DNA from: Octopus sinensis | Lineage: Eukaryota | Direction of reading: 5' to 3' | Assembly: GCF_006345805.1 (NCBI RefSeq) | Contig: NC_043001.1 | Location: 118,234,001-118,298,000 of the forward strand | Length of the DNA: 64,000 nucleotides | Notes under the pieces: model-generated | Told to the model about the DNA's origin: nothing | The model's input: the letters and a program-made list of their open reading frames with translations, nothing else | Databases searched by the model: none | In this document: positions 52,386 to 64,000 of the stretch, in pieces | How the letters are laid out: each line of letters starts with the position of its first letter | How positions within the stretch are numbered: the first letter of the stretch is position 1 | Made by a program: the position numbers and the translations under genes

Positions 52386-54186
52386 TTGTTTCCAAACAAG
52401 CTAATATTTCTCCGTCACATGACATCTATGGATGACTAGAAAGAACATCATTTGGATGACAGAGGCATTTGTTTAACTATCGTGGGATGCCAAGACAATA
52501 ACATACACAACTAGCAACTTTCTGTTTCCATCTACCAAAAGCACCTGCAAGATTTTGGTTGATCTGAGGCTGCTGTAGAAGACACTTGTCCAAGGTGCCA
52601 TGTACCAGGACACAACCTAAAATCATATGGTTAAGAAGCAAACACCTCAACCACATAGTCATACCTGTATACACACACACACACACTATATATATATATA
52701 CATTTCCTATCCATGCAAACATGGAAGATGGATGTTAATGATTTTAAAACAATGACTGGAAAATTTGGTAATTTTTCATTCCTCGTTGTTTCATTATAGG
52801 AAATACAGTATGAATAATAATAATCTTTTCTGCTATAGGCACAAGGCCTGGAATTTTGGGGGAGAGGACCAGTCGTTACATCAACCCCAGTGCATAATTG
52901 GTACTTAATTTATTGACCTGAAAAGGATGAAAAGCAAAGTCAACCCCAGCGGCATTTGATAATGATAATTTTACAATAGTTATTTATATACATGTAGAGG
53001 ATCTATTGTAACTCTTCAGACAAAAATTATATTTCAATCTCACAGGAGACTTAGCGGTTGATCAAAAACAAGATGCATGGATAGTATCCAATCCAACCAA
53101 AAAGTGTAATGATGGTTACTTCTGATAATGACCCTATGAAGAAGGTGCCTGGGGACAATACCCCAACAACCCTCCCAGGAATAATGGACAAAGAAAATGC
53201 ATGGATGGACAATGGGTAGAAATCATGTTACCGTTTTACAGAGTTTATTAACATGACAGGATATATTATAGTCACGAGGAATATTTTTTAAAAATATGTC
53301 AAAAACTGTAGTTCCAAGAAAGTACAATTCATCTCAAATTACAATGCCAATCTATTTTCATCATTTGACATGTAATATGGAGTTGGAATACTTGGTCTGC
53401 TAGTTTCTCACTTAGAATCATACTCTACTGAAACACTAGACTAATTGGTCCTAGATAAGGAACTCAAATTTGAGAATGGATTTCAATGTTCCTGTGGAGA
53501 ATTTGTGGGCAATAGATACCATATAACTTGGAGATGTTATCTGTAATAAATCAGTGTCTTAACTAGGAGATATTCAACTCACATCAGTTTAACCCATAAT
53601 AAAACTGGAGTTAACAACCATTGCTTAAAAATTATATGAGGTTTAATTTTTTTTCATGGCTTAGTCGGGAGTCCATGATCTCTGAAGAGCTGTTGAGACT
53701 GGGCAGAATTGAAAAGAACTAGTTACAGATTGTTGCAGTAGGTAGCATTGCAAATCAAGTTATCTATCCTCAGGACCAGGTGATGATGTTGAAATGGTGC
53801 ATCAAATTAGGTCTAAGACTTACGTATGTATAAACAAAAGAACAATCCAAGCATGGAAAAGAAGTTTGGTTACTTGCCAACTAGAGTTCAAACTCTAACC
53901 TAGTAAACTACCATGACTTGTCTCTTTGTTAATTTAGGTGTAAATAGATTGTGACTATAATTACTAATTTCTTGGTTCAATGGCTGGGGTTAGGAAGAGC
54001 ATTGAACAGTGGAAAATGTGTTTCAATATTTACTTAATTTGGAAAAAAAGAACCCCAAAAAACTAACAAAGAAAACCTTTAAACCTTTCTAGCACTGACA
54101 AATTGTAAAATAAAATAGTGATCATTACTGTTTTGACATTAACTTGTACTCATGAAGATGTCGAATTCAAAAACAGAATTACTCAC

Positions 54187-54630
54187 CTGGTCATGTGAAT
54201 CAACATTACTTGCAGGTTTCATACGTTTCGTAGCAGATGGAACAACCCCAAAATCTCTGGACTGACGAGGAAATTTGATAAGACTTTCCCGATCTAATGG
54301 TAAGGAAGATTTCGATGGATTGCTAGCAACTTCGTATTTGTCTCTACTACGAGTCATTGATGAAGAAGAAAGTACAGAATTCTGGCTGAGCCGTAATGAC
54401 CATGGAGATGAGGATGATGACTGTTGTGGAGGTGGTGGTGGTGGGGATGAGGGTGAAGTAAGGTGTCGAGCAGAAGAAGTGAGAGAAGAGTACCCAGAGG
54501 TACTCAAATGTTCGTAATCATAGTCTATGGATTTAGGAGTAGGGATTTTCTCCCGATAATGATCATTCTTCAATTGTATAACAGGACCTCTGAGGGGCTC
54601 ATAAGTTGCGATATTTGATCTTTCATCACT
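54187..54630 (-). CDS. POLDIP3: POLDIP3-like exon, Ser/Pro-rich low-complexity region (148 aa, SDERSN...DSHDQ)
   Basis: Inside ORF 54139..54684; acceptor ttgtttcag|AGT, donor CAG|gtgagt; 444 nt, phase 0/0. Confidence 0.85.
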
Positions 54631-56841
54631 CTGAAACAATTGAAAAAAAGTTAAGTTAGAAACTGAAAAAATAAAATGATACAAATATGTATATTAAACT
54701 TCTCACAAATTGTATTTCAGCAGGCACCTAGCAGCATTTGACAAATCCATTAGATTTAAACATATGTGAGAAATCAGTTGCAGAGTGTTAGAGAAAACTG
54801 TGTGGTGTGGTTATGTGACGTGCATGGAAAATGTTAGCTATGTAAAGCAGTTCAATGTGGATGGAAACATAGGAATAAGAAGTAGTGATGACTGATCTCA
54901 AGAAGTTGAACCTCACAAAGAGGATTGGTCAAAGGCTGCAACAAGTGGAGAAATGTTGTGCTTAAGAAAATCGAAGTCCATGAAAACATAGAAAAATAAA
55001 TGTAAAAGAAATGCTGGTGGTCAAAGAGGGTGGGATAATATCTACAATTCATGCTAATATTTCCATACACGACCCCCATCTTAATTACTATACATCATTC
55101 TCTCATCATTCCTTTTCTGCAGCTAGTACCTTCCTACTGTCTCTTCTATCATATTCTCTTCCTCTGTCACCATCTCACTTGTCTCTTTTCAATCCAACCA
55201 ACAACCTCCATGCAATGTCTATCTCTATCCCTTTCCATTACCCTCTTCTCTATCATTCTGGTTCCCTTTTTAGACTCCCTCTTTCTGCCATCACACTGCC
55301 TATGTCATGGGAGATAGCAATGCATGCATACCTGCCAATTCATCCTTTGTTACCTGGCTAATTTATCAGCACATCTCACCTCAACAACCTATTCCGACTA
55401 CATGGGTCCAAAAGCTGATCTAAGTCTCCCCAACTCTCTTAGCACGAAGACCTTACCTGGTGCCATGGAGACAGCATCAGCTTGCCACTGACAACCAACT
55501 GTCTTTTTGCTATTAAAAATACAAAATGGACTGATGCAGAGGAGGCAGCAATGGGGACAATAACCTGTTCATTTGCTGTTACACTTCAAGAAGGGCCCTT
55601 GCCTGATGAACTGGGTACAATCAACACATAGTTTACATCAACTTTCCCATGCCAGTAGGGGTTGGATAGATTTTTCTGAAGCAGTGCTTTATGTCCAGAT
55701 ACCCTTCCTATTGTCAAGCTTTTATTTCATAAAACATGCAGAGATTTAGTGCATCCCACTCTAAAACCGACCTACATATTGTTAGATACTGTATTTAAGA
55801 CATAATTCTGACTAACAACTTGAATTTTAATCAAGAATACTATTAAAGGAATAATACAACATGCATGCACACAGATGCAGTGAGGGGACTTAGAGAATAT
55901 CACATACAAACATTCTTTTTCTGGAAGTGTGTGAATATGTAAATTAATATCTATCAAGGAAAAAAAGTATTCTTAATTACCAATTGCTATTCATTATTTT
56001 GCCTTTTACTAAGTTGAAACATATAGAGGTGCAAGTATGGCTATGTTGCTACAGAGTCCAATTGGTTTCCATCCCACTGCATGGCACCTTGGGCAAATGT
56101 TTACACCAAAGCTTTGGCATGACAAATGCATTGTGGGTGAAACTGGTAGGTAGGAACAATATGGAACTCTGCCATACACATATTTCATTCATTTAATCTG
56201 TTTTTTATGCTAGAATGGCTTAGATTGGGATTAATTTTGAGGCAGGATTTCATAGCCAAATACTCTTCATATCTTCATTCCACCCTGTTTTCAGCAAGGG
56301 TTTTTAATATTCCACAAGTCTTCAAAACTAAGAGTAACCAATCACAGAAAGTAAACATCATTCTTCTCAACCCGAACAAGTGAATAGTAATGCTCACACA
56401 CAGGTATGTATGTATGTATGTATGTATGTGGTTGCACTGACAAAGGTTGGGTGACAGTCATGTTATGCATACAACTCCTGTAGCTTGACAATTTCAGTTT
56501 CAACATATGAAAACCAGTGGAATAGAAATACTTTACTTGAACAGAAATAGTTAGGAGTTGAGTGAGACTTCTTGAAATAGTATTCTAAGATTAATATGCC
56601 AGAAAGGGTATCTGCCTCAAGAAGTTTCACCAAAGTAATGGCAGCACAAAAAGAAAAGCTGATGTGAAAAACTCAGAAAATTGATATTCTAATTTTTTTT
56701 GTCATAAATGAAAAAAAAAAATAAAAGGTAGTAACACAGAAGGCAGCAATGGTAACAGTGGCAAAAGTATTGGAAAATATATTTGTTGTCATACAAGACA
56801 CATGCAGCTGAAAATTTTACACTATAGTTTTGAACATTTAC

Positions 56842-57009
56842 CTTATTTTGAACATTTAGTCTATTTGGAATATTTTTATTCGTTTGAAGCCTTTTGTTGG
56901 TGTCCGTTTGTGAATGAAGATATACTGTGCCCATATCAAATTGGGATGCCATAGGACCACTGCCTGCTGAAAGGAGACCAGTGTCTGATGGTGCTAAATC
57001 ATTGGTCAA
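56842..57009 (-). CDS. POLDIP3: POLDIP3/SKAR-like gene, most 5' coding exon in window (56 aa, LTNDLAP...LNVQNK)
   Basis: Acceptor ttatttttcag|TTG and donor AAG|gtaaat; 168 nt, phase 0/0, stop-free and in frame with the next exon. The peptide itself is not recognisably conserved. Confidence 0.72.
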
Positions 57010-58753
57010 CTGAAAAATAAAGACATTATTTACACCCATTGTAATGGATGAGAGGAGCAGTAAGAAGATGAGCAATTCATTACATGGGTATGTTAAGCAA
57101 ACTCCTCCTGTTATTTCGACATTGGTAGGCTCACGGAGCAGATGCAGCTGTTGGAGAACTCAACCAGCAGTCTGGCCACAGCCGTTTTGTCTTTATTAGG
57201 AGGTACAAACTGACCTTAGAATTAGCACTTAAAGCATGTGATTTCCTACATTTAAAGACCAAAGAGAGTTTGTTGAAGGAAATTTGACTGCAACAGTGAA
57301 GCAGATAGTACAGCCAGTCATCACTTGCAAGAAAATATGGTTTGGTGACATGAATCACACTTCTGCTCATTGTTTTAGGTACCTATGTAGTCATGAACAG
57401 CTACAGACATCCTCTTGGCTCTCTTACACCTGACCCAGTGGAACAGCTGCAGAGAGAGAGAGAGAGAGATGAGTAGATTGGAACAAATGCACCACCTGAT
57501 ACAGAAACTGAACCCATGAACTTATGATCATGAGCCAAAGACTAACCCACTGGGCCATGCAGCTTCATTAAACAAGTAAAATGACTCAGGTTCCTTGCTT
57601 AACTTGTGTTATTATTTCTACAACTGGATCTTGCTCTGATAAAAGATGACTTCGATACTTAAGTCAAAATAAAAAAGCAATATATAAAATTCCATGAGAA
57701 GTCAACCTGACAGAGTCTCTCAGTAATCAAGGTGTGCTCTGATTAGGAGACTAAAGACATGCTCTCAGTTGCCAAAATTAATAACTCAAATAATGGTGAG
57801 AGATCTTACTTCTCTATTCCAGTTTGTATTTCAGTCGACAAACATGTAATGGGGATGTTGTATGTTAAGTATTCAATCATAGATGCAGACAGGAGTGTGT
57901 GGTTAAGAAGTTCAATTTGCAATCATGTGGTCCTAGGCTCAGCCCTAATACATAGTACCTGGGTAAATTATTACTTCAGGCCAACCACTACAGGGAATCC
58001 AACATGTATAAGCAGGTGAGAAAGTTGTCATTTCTGCTTCTCACTTGAAATCACTTGAGGAAAAAAAAAATTGTGTTTGTATTTCTGGTAGACATTAACA
58101 TCTCTTAACTCTGCACTCTCAAAATAGTTGCATAAAAACTCCCTTACATGCAGAAACAGGAAAATGTTGTGACAGGAAGAGCATGCAACAGTAAAAACAT
58201 TGCCTCTAACACATGCCAGCATAGGAAAACAAATGTAAAATGAACAAATTTAATTCCAACCAAATAGCAGTTTATCCTTCTAACCAAGAAGACCCTTTAA
58301 ATACAAGGAGTAAGGTCTGAATTTGGGCATGCAATAGTTCACACTTGTTAAACTCTCAGATTTATGAAGTATACATTGGCTTATGTCCATAACAATGCAA
58401 CATAAATGGCAGTCATTTCAAAAATTTTATACTTTTTGTTGATTTGAAATTCGATTATTTTTCCATGAACTTTCATCATAAATTTTCCGCATTTACCATT
58501 TGAGAATTCTTTCAAGGGCTTCCATAAGAATCATCCCTTTAACATCCACTTTTCTAGATATGCACGAGTGGGATGGAGTTTATTGAGGCATATATTTTCT
58601 ATGGCCTGATGTCCTGCCTGTCACCAACCATTACTTGTTTCCAAGCAAGGTAATATTTCCCCATGGCTAGTCTTTGCAGAATAATAGAAATGAATGACAT
58701 TCATTTACAATTAAATGACGTTAAGACAAAGAAACACACATACATATATACAC

Positions 58754-58788
<35 letters not shown>

Positions 58789-59149
58789 TGGGCCAATCAA
58801 ATCCACTAACAAGACTTTGGTTAGCCCGGGACTATAAAAGAAGTCCATGGTGCCAGACAGTGAGACTGAACCTGAAATTGTGTGGTTGGGAAGCCAAATT
58901 CTTAAGCACTCACACATGAAGAGAAATGAAATAATCAAACAGTATAACGATATAATGTAAGTTGCCTTTGCAAACATAGGTAGAGACTTCAACAATAACA
59001 TACACCAACTATCATGTATCTTTCTGACCAATCCTAAATACAGGGTATGCCAGGTATTTGTAAAGAAAATTTTTAGGCCATAAATGAAAGACAAACAAGT
59101 GTAAATGTTTTGGGACATACTCCAAATTTTAACTTTCTCATCTTTCAGA

Positions 59150-59520
59150 TGTACTGACATAGCGTATTCCAATTAGTCGGGAAATGAAAAGGTATGCTGT
59201 GCTTGTGTTCTTAGCAGCCAACCACAGCAACGTCAAGATTGATATAAACAGGTCCTTTGTGTTTAGGATCAGGAAACAGCTGGAGAGATATGTTACCTGT
59301 GGCCAAGACAAAAAAATGTTAACCAGACATTGTCAGGGCAACCAAGTTTATCCAGCAGGTTCAGGACATCATCAATGACAAACTCCAGCAAGATGACGAA
59401 GGCTATTGCTGAGAAGCTCGAGGTGGTAGAGCCAACTATCAGAAGCATGTTGTAAAAGAACATCAGGTAAAGTTCTACAAAAGAAGGAAGGGCCAGTTCA
59501 TATCTTGCTAGACCCAGACA
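59150..59520 (+). mobile_element. Tc1/mariner-superfamily (maT/DD37D-like) transposase N-terminal remnant
   Basis: MKRYAVLVFLAANHS...RSFVFRIRKQLE and QQVQDIIND...KAIAEKLEVVEPTIR (HTH-like) in broken frames. Confidence 0.5.
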
Positions 59521-62500
59521 AATGTGTTCATGTGACCTTTTTCCTAGCTCTCTGTTGTAGAGGAGGTGGATGGCATGGACAAAAACTATCCTGGCATGTA
59601 ATCACTATTGATACACTGAGGCTGTCAATAGAGCTGTGTGCACTTTTGTTGATTGACCTATTTCTTTGATGTATCTAGCAGAAAATGCAATGTTTCTCAG
59701 GATTTTTTTTTTGCCCCTAGTTTGATGAGTTTTTACCTGGTGCATTGATTTGTTCTTGCTTGCCTGACACACTCTCAGTAGCTGTATTTTCCGACATCAT
59801 ATAACAGCATCTCTTCAGGCATGACATGTAATATCCCCAGGCCACATAACAGACTGACTTAGCAACGAATAGCCACCACAATAGTATAAAGCTTCCATCC
59901 CATTCATTATTGTTTCTGATTTTAAAATAGACCTATAATATTTATATTATTACATGATATATTTTGCACCTCCATTTTTTTTCTTTTTACTTCTGCTTTG
60001 AGTGCATGGTAAACTTTCTGTGTCTAAATTCAAACCCTACCATAATTCAAACATCCAAAATAAAACTGAATAACAATACAACTTAGAAACTAGAATAAAC
60101 CAAAGCAGTACCAAGACACTGTAGTGTGTAGTAATACTCTCTCACAAAAATGACATTTAATTACACAAATGACAGCTGCTGCAGATTGTGTGTAATCTTG
60201 AAATTATATGGTTTCAGATTCAATTTCCTTGAGTAGTACTACTACAGATAAGTGTTTTATACCTTAGTCTCAGGTCAACCAAAACTTTTTTTTGTAAAAT
60301 TTGGTATACAAAATCTGTGGAAGTTATCAGAGAAACTGTTCCTGTTCTTGGGCAGGATTAACTCTTGGGAATTAACTGGTCATCAAGTTTAACATCACCA
60401 CCTGACCCATAAGTGACCCTAATAGAGTCCAGTTTGTTTTGAGCATTCTGGCCAGGCCAATGATCTGAACATAACTTCCATACCCTGAAAATGATCATGG
60501 GCACTGGCCTTCTTTCTCAAACTAAGCATTTAAAAAAAATAAAAGGTTATTAATAAAAACAAGTGGATACAATAATCCACTTTAGTAAAGGTGGAATCAA
60601 CTAAAACTTAAAAGGTGGAGAAACTTAGGAATTGAAAATTCTTTTTATAAACTCCAATGTAAATGGCACCAGGACATAAAATATATTTATCACAGATGGT
60701 CAAGTAAATGAAATTTATGCAGGAGTTAACGATGATACTGAAAGATGTCAACTATTTCCAAATGAATAGATTGTGATTATTCAGATGATGGAAAATAACA
60801 ATGAAATAATATTTACATTGGATTTTACTGAGAAAAGAAACAATTTCGAAAGAAATAGTAAAATGCTAAGTCTTACCAAATGAACAAAAATTAATGGCCA
60901 TAACCATATCAGTAGAGAGGACGAATCTGAGAAATGTGTAAGGATTCTTCACATAAGAAAGAAATGTTAAATGCAGATATTACTATATAGAGAGTATAAT
61001 GCTAGTCATACACTCATTCATGAAATTACACATGGATATATCCTTCTTAATTTCTGAATAACAGTGCTATTCTAATTACAATAAAAGAGTTTACATGTTT
61101 AATCCCACAGAACAATTTGAGAAAACTTTCATTGTTATTTACATGAACTGAACCATTATTACTGTTGTATAATATACAGTTTGTTTATAATTTTTTTACA
61201 AAAAAAAAATTCATTGAGGATTTTTCCTTTTAAAATTATATGCCTGTTCCATTTAACAAGATATCATTCACAAAAAGTTTTGCCAACTTTTAAAATACTA
61301 TTTTCTGATTAGGTAAGACTGATCAAACTCTAAACCTCTAGCATTTTCATAAAATTTTTCTGGAACACATCAATAGCAAAATCAGATTCAGTGTGAAAAA
61401 TTACATCAATATACCAAATTCGAAAATTCTTGCTTAACTTTAAAATTTCAAAAACACTGACAGCAATAGAAAAGATCCAAATTTGCTAAGTAGAAACTGA
61501 ATGGAAGCTGGTCATATGCAATCATCATTTTACATTTGCTTTCCATGTTGGAAAAGTAATCATGGTCTTCTCCTTCTAGATATGTTGGAGGATCATCTGC
61601 TGTCCATTCATTCTGACTTGGTTTCTATAGCAAGATGCCCTCCCTATGATCAACTGCAAGAGTGTAGTGGGTGCATTTTCTTATGACACTAGCACTAGAG
61701 AGGTTGTCACACCCTCAACAAGATAAAACTTAAGGGTTCTCTCAAACCTACACTTTCTCCAAGTTCTCTGACTACTTGTGCTTCATTATTGGCTTGAATT
61801 CTACAGCAAGATACCCTTCCTAACATTAAACACTTTACAGAATTTATGAGGTGCTTTTTCCACAACACCAGGACTAAAAAAGTACCACGATCTTGATGAA
61901 ACCAAAGAGTCCTTCCATCTTTACACTTCACAGAGAGCAGTTGGTGTGTTTTGAAAGCGACCAACACTAGAGAAGTAACCATGTTCTAGAAAGGCCTAAA
62001 GGAATCGCATGACCACATGTGACTCCTTGCCCACTAACTGTTTTACAAAGTGGTGGGGCACAACTGATAAAAGAGTAAGGAATACAGGTATTTAGTATTT
62101 TGATTATATATATATATAAGATATGGGACTTCACAACCCTATGTGTCAACTTAATTTGTTACAGAAAGACTTAGGCATGAATGATAGTGATAAGTAATAT
62201 GAAGAATGTGTGATAGAGAATGAAAGATAAGCAAGCTTAAAATTCAGGATGTATGTATAGTAAAGATATTATGGCCAAGAAGATAGAACACTGATAGAAA
62301 GCAACATGACTAAGGGACAATGATACAGACCCAGGATATGTAAAAGGAAAAGGAGCAAGAGTATGAGGGTAGGTAGTAAATTGAAGTAGTCGAACAATGG
62401 GAGTGGGTAACAGTAGAATGTACAGGGTACAGTTAGTCCAATGTAAACTCAGATGAACTGGGGTTCTAAGTATTCTGTGATCTACATATATAATTAAAGC

Positions 62501-63226
62501 AACATGGCCAAGAGAATAGCACAGTGGTAATAGGGAATATGACCAAGGAGATAGAGCAATGACATGAGATTTAGGGTATATTGGAGAATAATGGTAAAAA
62601 AGCAGGTCACCTTTGAAAAAAATTGTGTTTAGTGTATATTATAGATTTTTATTCAGAATGTGTTTTCATTACAAATTACTAGTGTTTAAATATAGCATAA
62701 TGGAGGGTGAAGACAGAGTTACCGGAGATAAGTGATCCAGAAGAGCAAGAGTAGATAGCAGGCAATATATAAACACACACACACAATACAGTGATCCAAC
62801 CATTGTGAGTGGATTTGGAAGATGGAAACTTGAAAAGGTAGTCTATTGTGTGTGTGTGTGTGTACACATACAAGTGTGTATCTATATTTGTATACATCAG
62901 TCACTTGTTTGAAAGTCATAACATTTATGTGGTGTTCTGTTGCCATTTCTCATGATAATAAACCACCTGTTGACTTCCTACTATCAAAGCCATGTGGAAT
63001 ATAAAATCCCTCACTTGAAAAGCAGGTAGGAATTAACATCAGAAAGGGCTGTAAAACAATTCTTCAATAACACATTCAACTAAACCAGTGGTTCCCAACC
63101 TTTTATTTGTGCTTAGCCCTGCTTGGAATCTTTAAAACACCCCACCCCCAGTGAAGAAAATACTTAATAAAAATAAAATTTATAAAAATAAATTATAACT
63201 AACAATGAAATTTTAAATTAGTTTCA

Positions 63227-63452
63227 TTAGGTTGGTGCATAATTATTGCAGCTTTTTTTCAATAAATTTTATTCAACAAAAACAATAACACTTAACAAAA
63301 ACATCTTTAGATGATTATTCCAGAGCATATTCACCATCTACTTCAATTACTGCTTTCCATTTGCTTGGCAGCTGGTTGGAATAATCATTTAAAGATGCTT
63401 TTGTTAAATGTTTTTGTTGAAAAAAAGCCGCAATAATTATGCACCAACCTAA
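63227..63452 (-). mobile_element. 226-bp internally deleted mariner (MITE) with Hsmar1/MADE1-like TIRs
   Basis: TIRs ttaggttggtgcataattattgc(a/g)gc; right flank TA, left flank CA; interior keeps LPSKWKAVIEVDGEYALE* (mariner C-terminus) on the minus strand. Confidence 0.85.
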
Positions 63453-64000
63453 TAAGGAATTTATTTCTATGAACAATTTCTGAACAAAAATTTATAATAA
63501 ACCTTAAAAAATATTTTTCAAAGGTGATCTGTTTTTACCGCTAATGTAATAAAATCCATAAAACTATCAGTGTCAATTAATTGCACATTTATTCCCTATT
63601 CCTAGATTTAACAAAAGCTAAGATATTTTGAGGGTTTAATAAAACAACCATTTAATAATTCATTATTTTCCTGGTATAACATACATAACAAAAAATTTGC
63701 ACCGATATCCAGAAAATAATTTCTAAAAATATTACTTTTTTACCATAAAAATAACATCCTTTAGCAAAAATCAGAAGAATGTGCCATATTTCTTTTTACT
63801 GTATATATTCAATAAAATCTTTGTGACTGATGCAGTTTCACAAGCTTTTCAATATCAGGGTCCAATGTTGTTAGACATGAACAAAAATCACCTCTACATA
63901 CAATTTCTAAGAGATGTGAATTTTTGATAGCAAGAATGATACTCACTTAAACTGGACACAACTAGGTAAAAAGTAGGAAAGGCAATAGAACAAAATCTTA

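Noticed and set aside
55452-55460. U1 snRNA 5' end-like CTTACCTGG
   Set aside because: No further U1 similarity; it is simply the reverse complement of a donor site.
57131-57370. ORF just upstream of the first POLDIP3 exon as an extra exon
   Set aside because: No compatible splice sites or POLDIP3-like motifs.

Overview
Eukaryotic, AT-rich, repeat-dense genomic DNA. The repeat landscape (RTE LINEs ending in (GAT)n, several tRNA-derived SINE families, very abundant CA/TA/CAT microsatellites) is what I associate with octopus or other coleoid cephalopods; this is an inference. One protein-coding gene is supported: the 3' six coding exons of a minus-strand POLDIP3/SKAR-like RRM gene (57009 down to 37530, all GT-AG and phase-compatible, 389 aa in the window). 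I found no N-terminal exon in the window. The rest is transposon material: decayed RTE, CR1-like and Penelope-like retroelements, a full-length dead mariner, mariner/piggyBac/hAT/Helentron-type non-autonomous elements, and a long-TIR foldback element with a nested telomere-repeat MITE. The most unusual signals are a decayed 28S rRNA fragment fused to a SINE 3' tail inside a POLDIP3 intron, a minimal hammerhead-ribozyme motif, a candidate poison exon, an inverted duplicated motif-rich module, and a 42-bp minisatellite with an open antisense frame. No databases were searched; family names come from recalled motifs.
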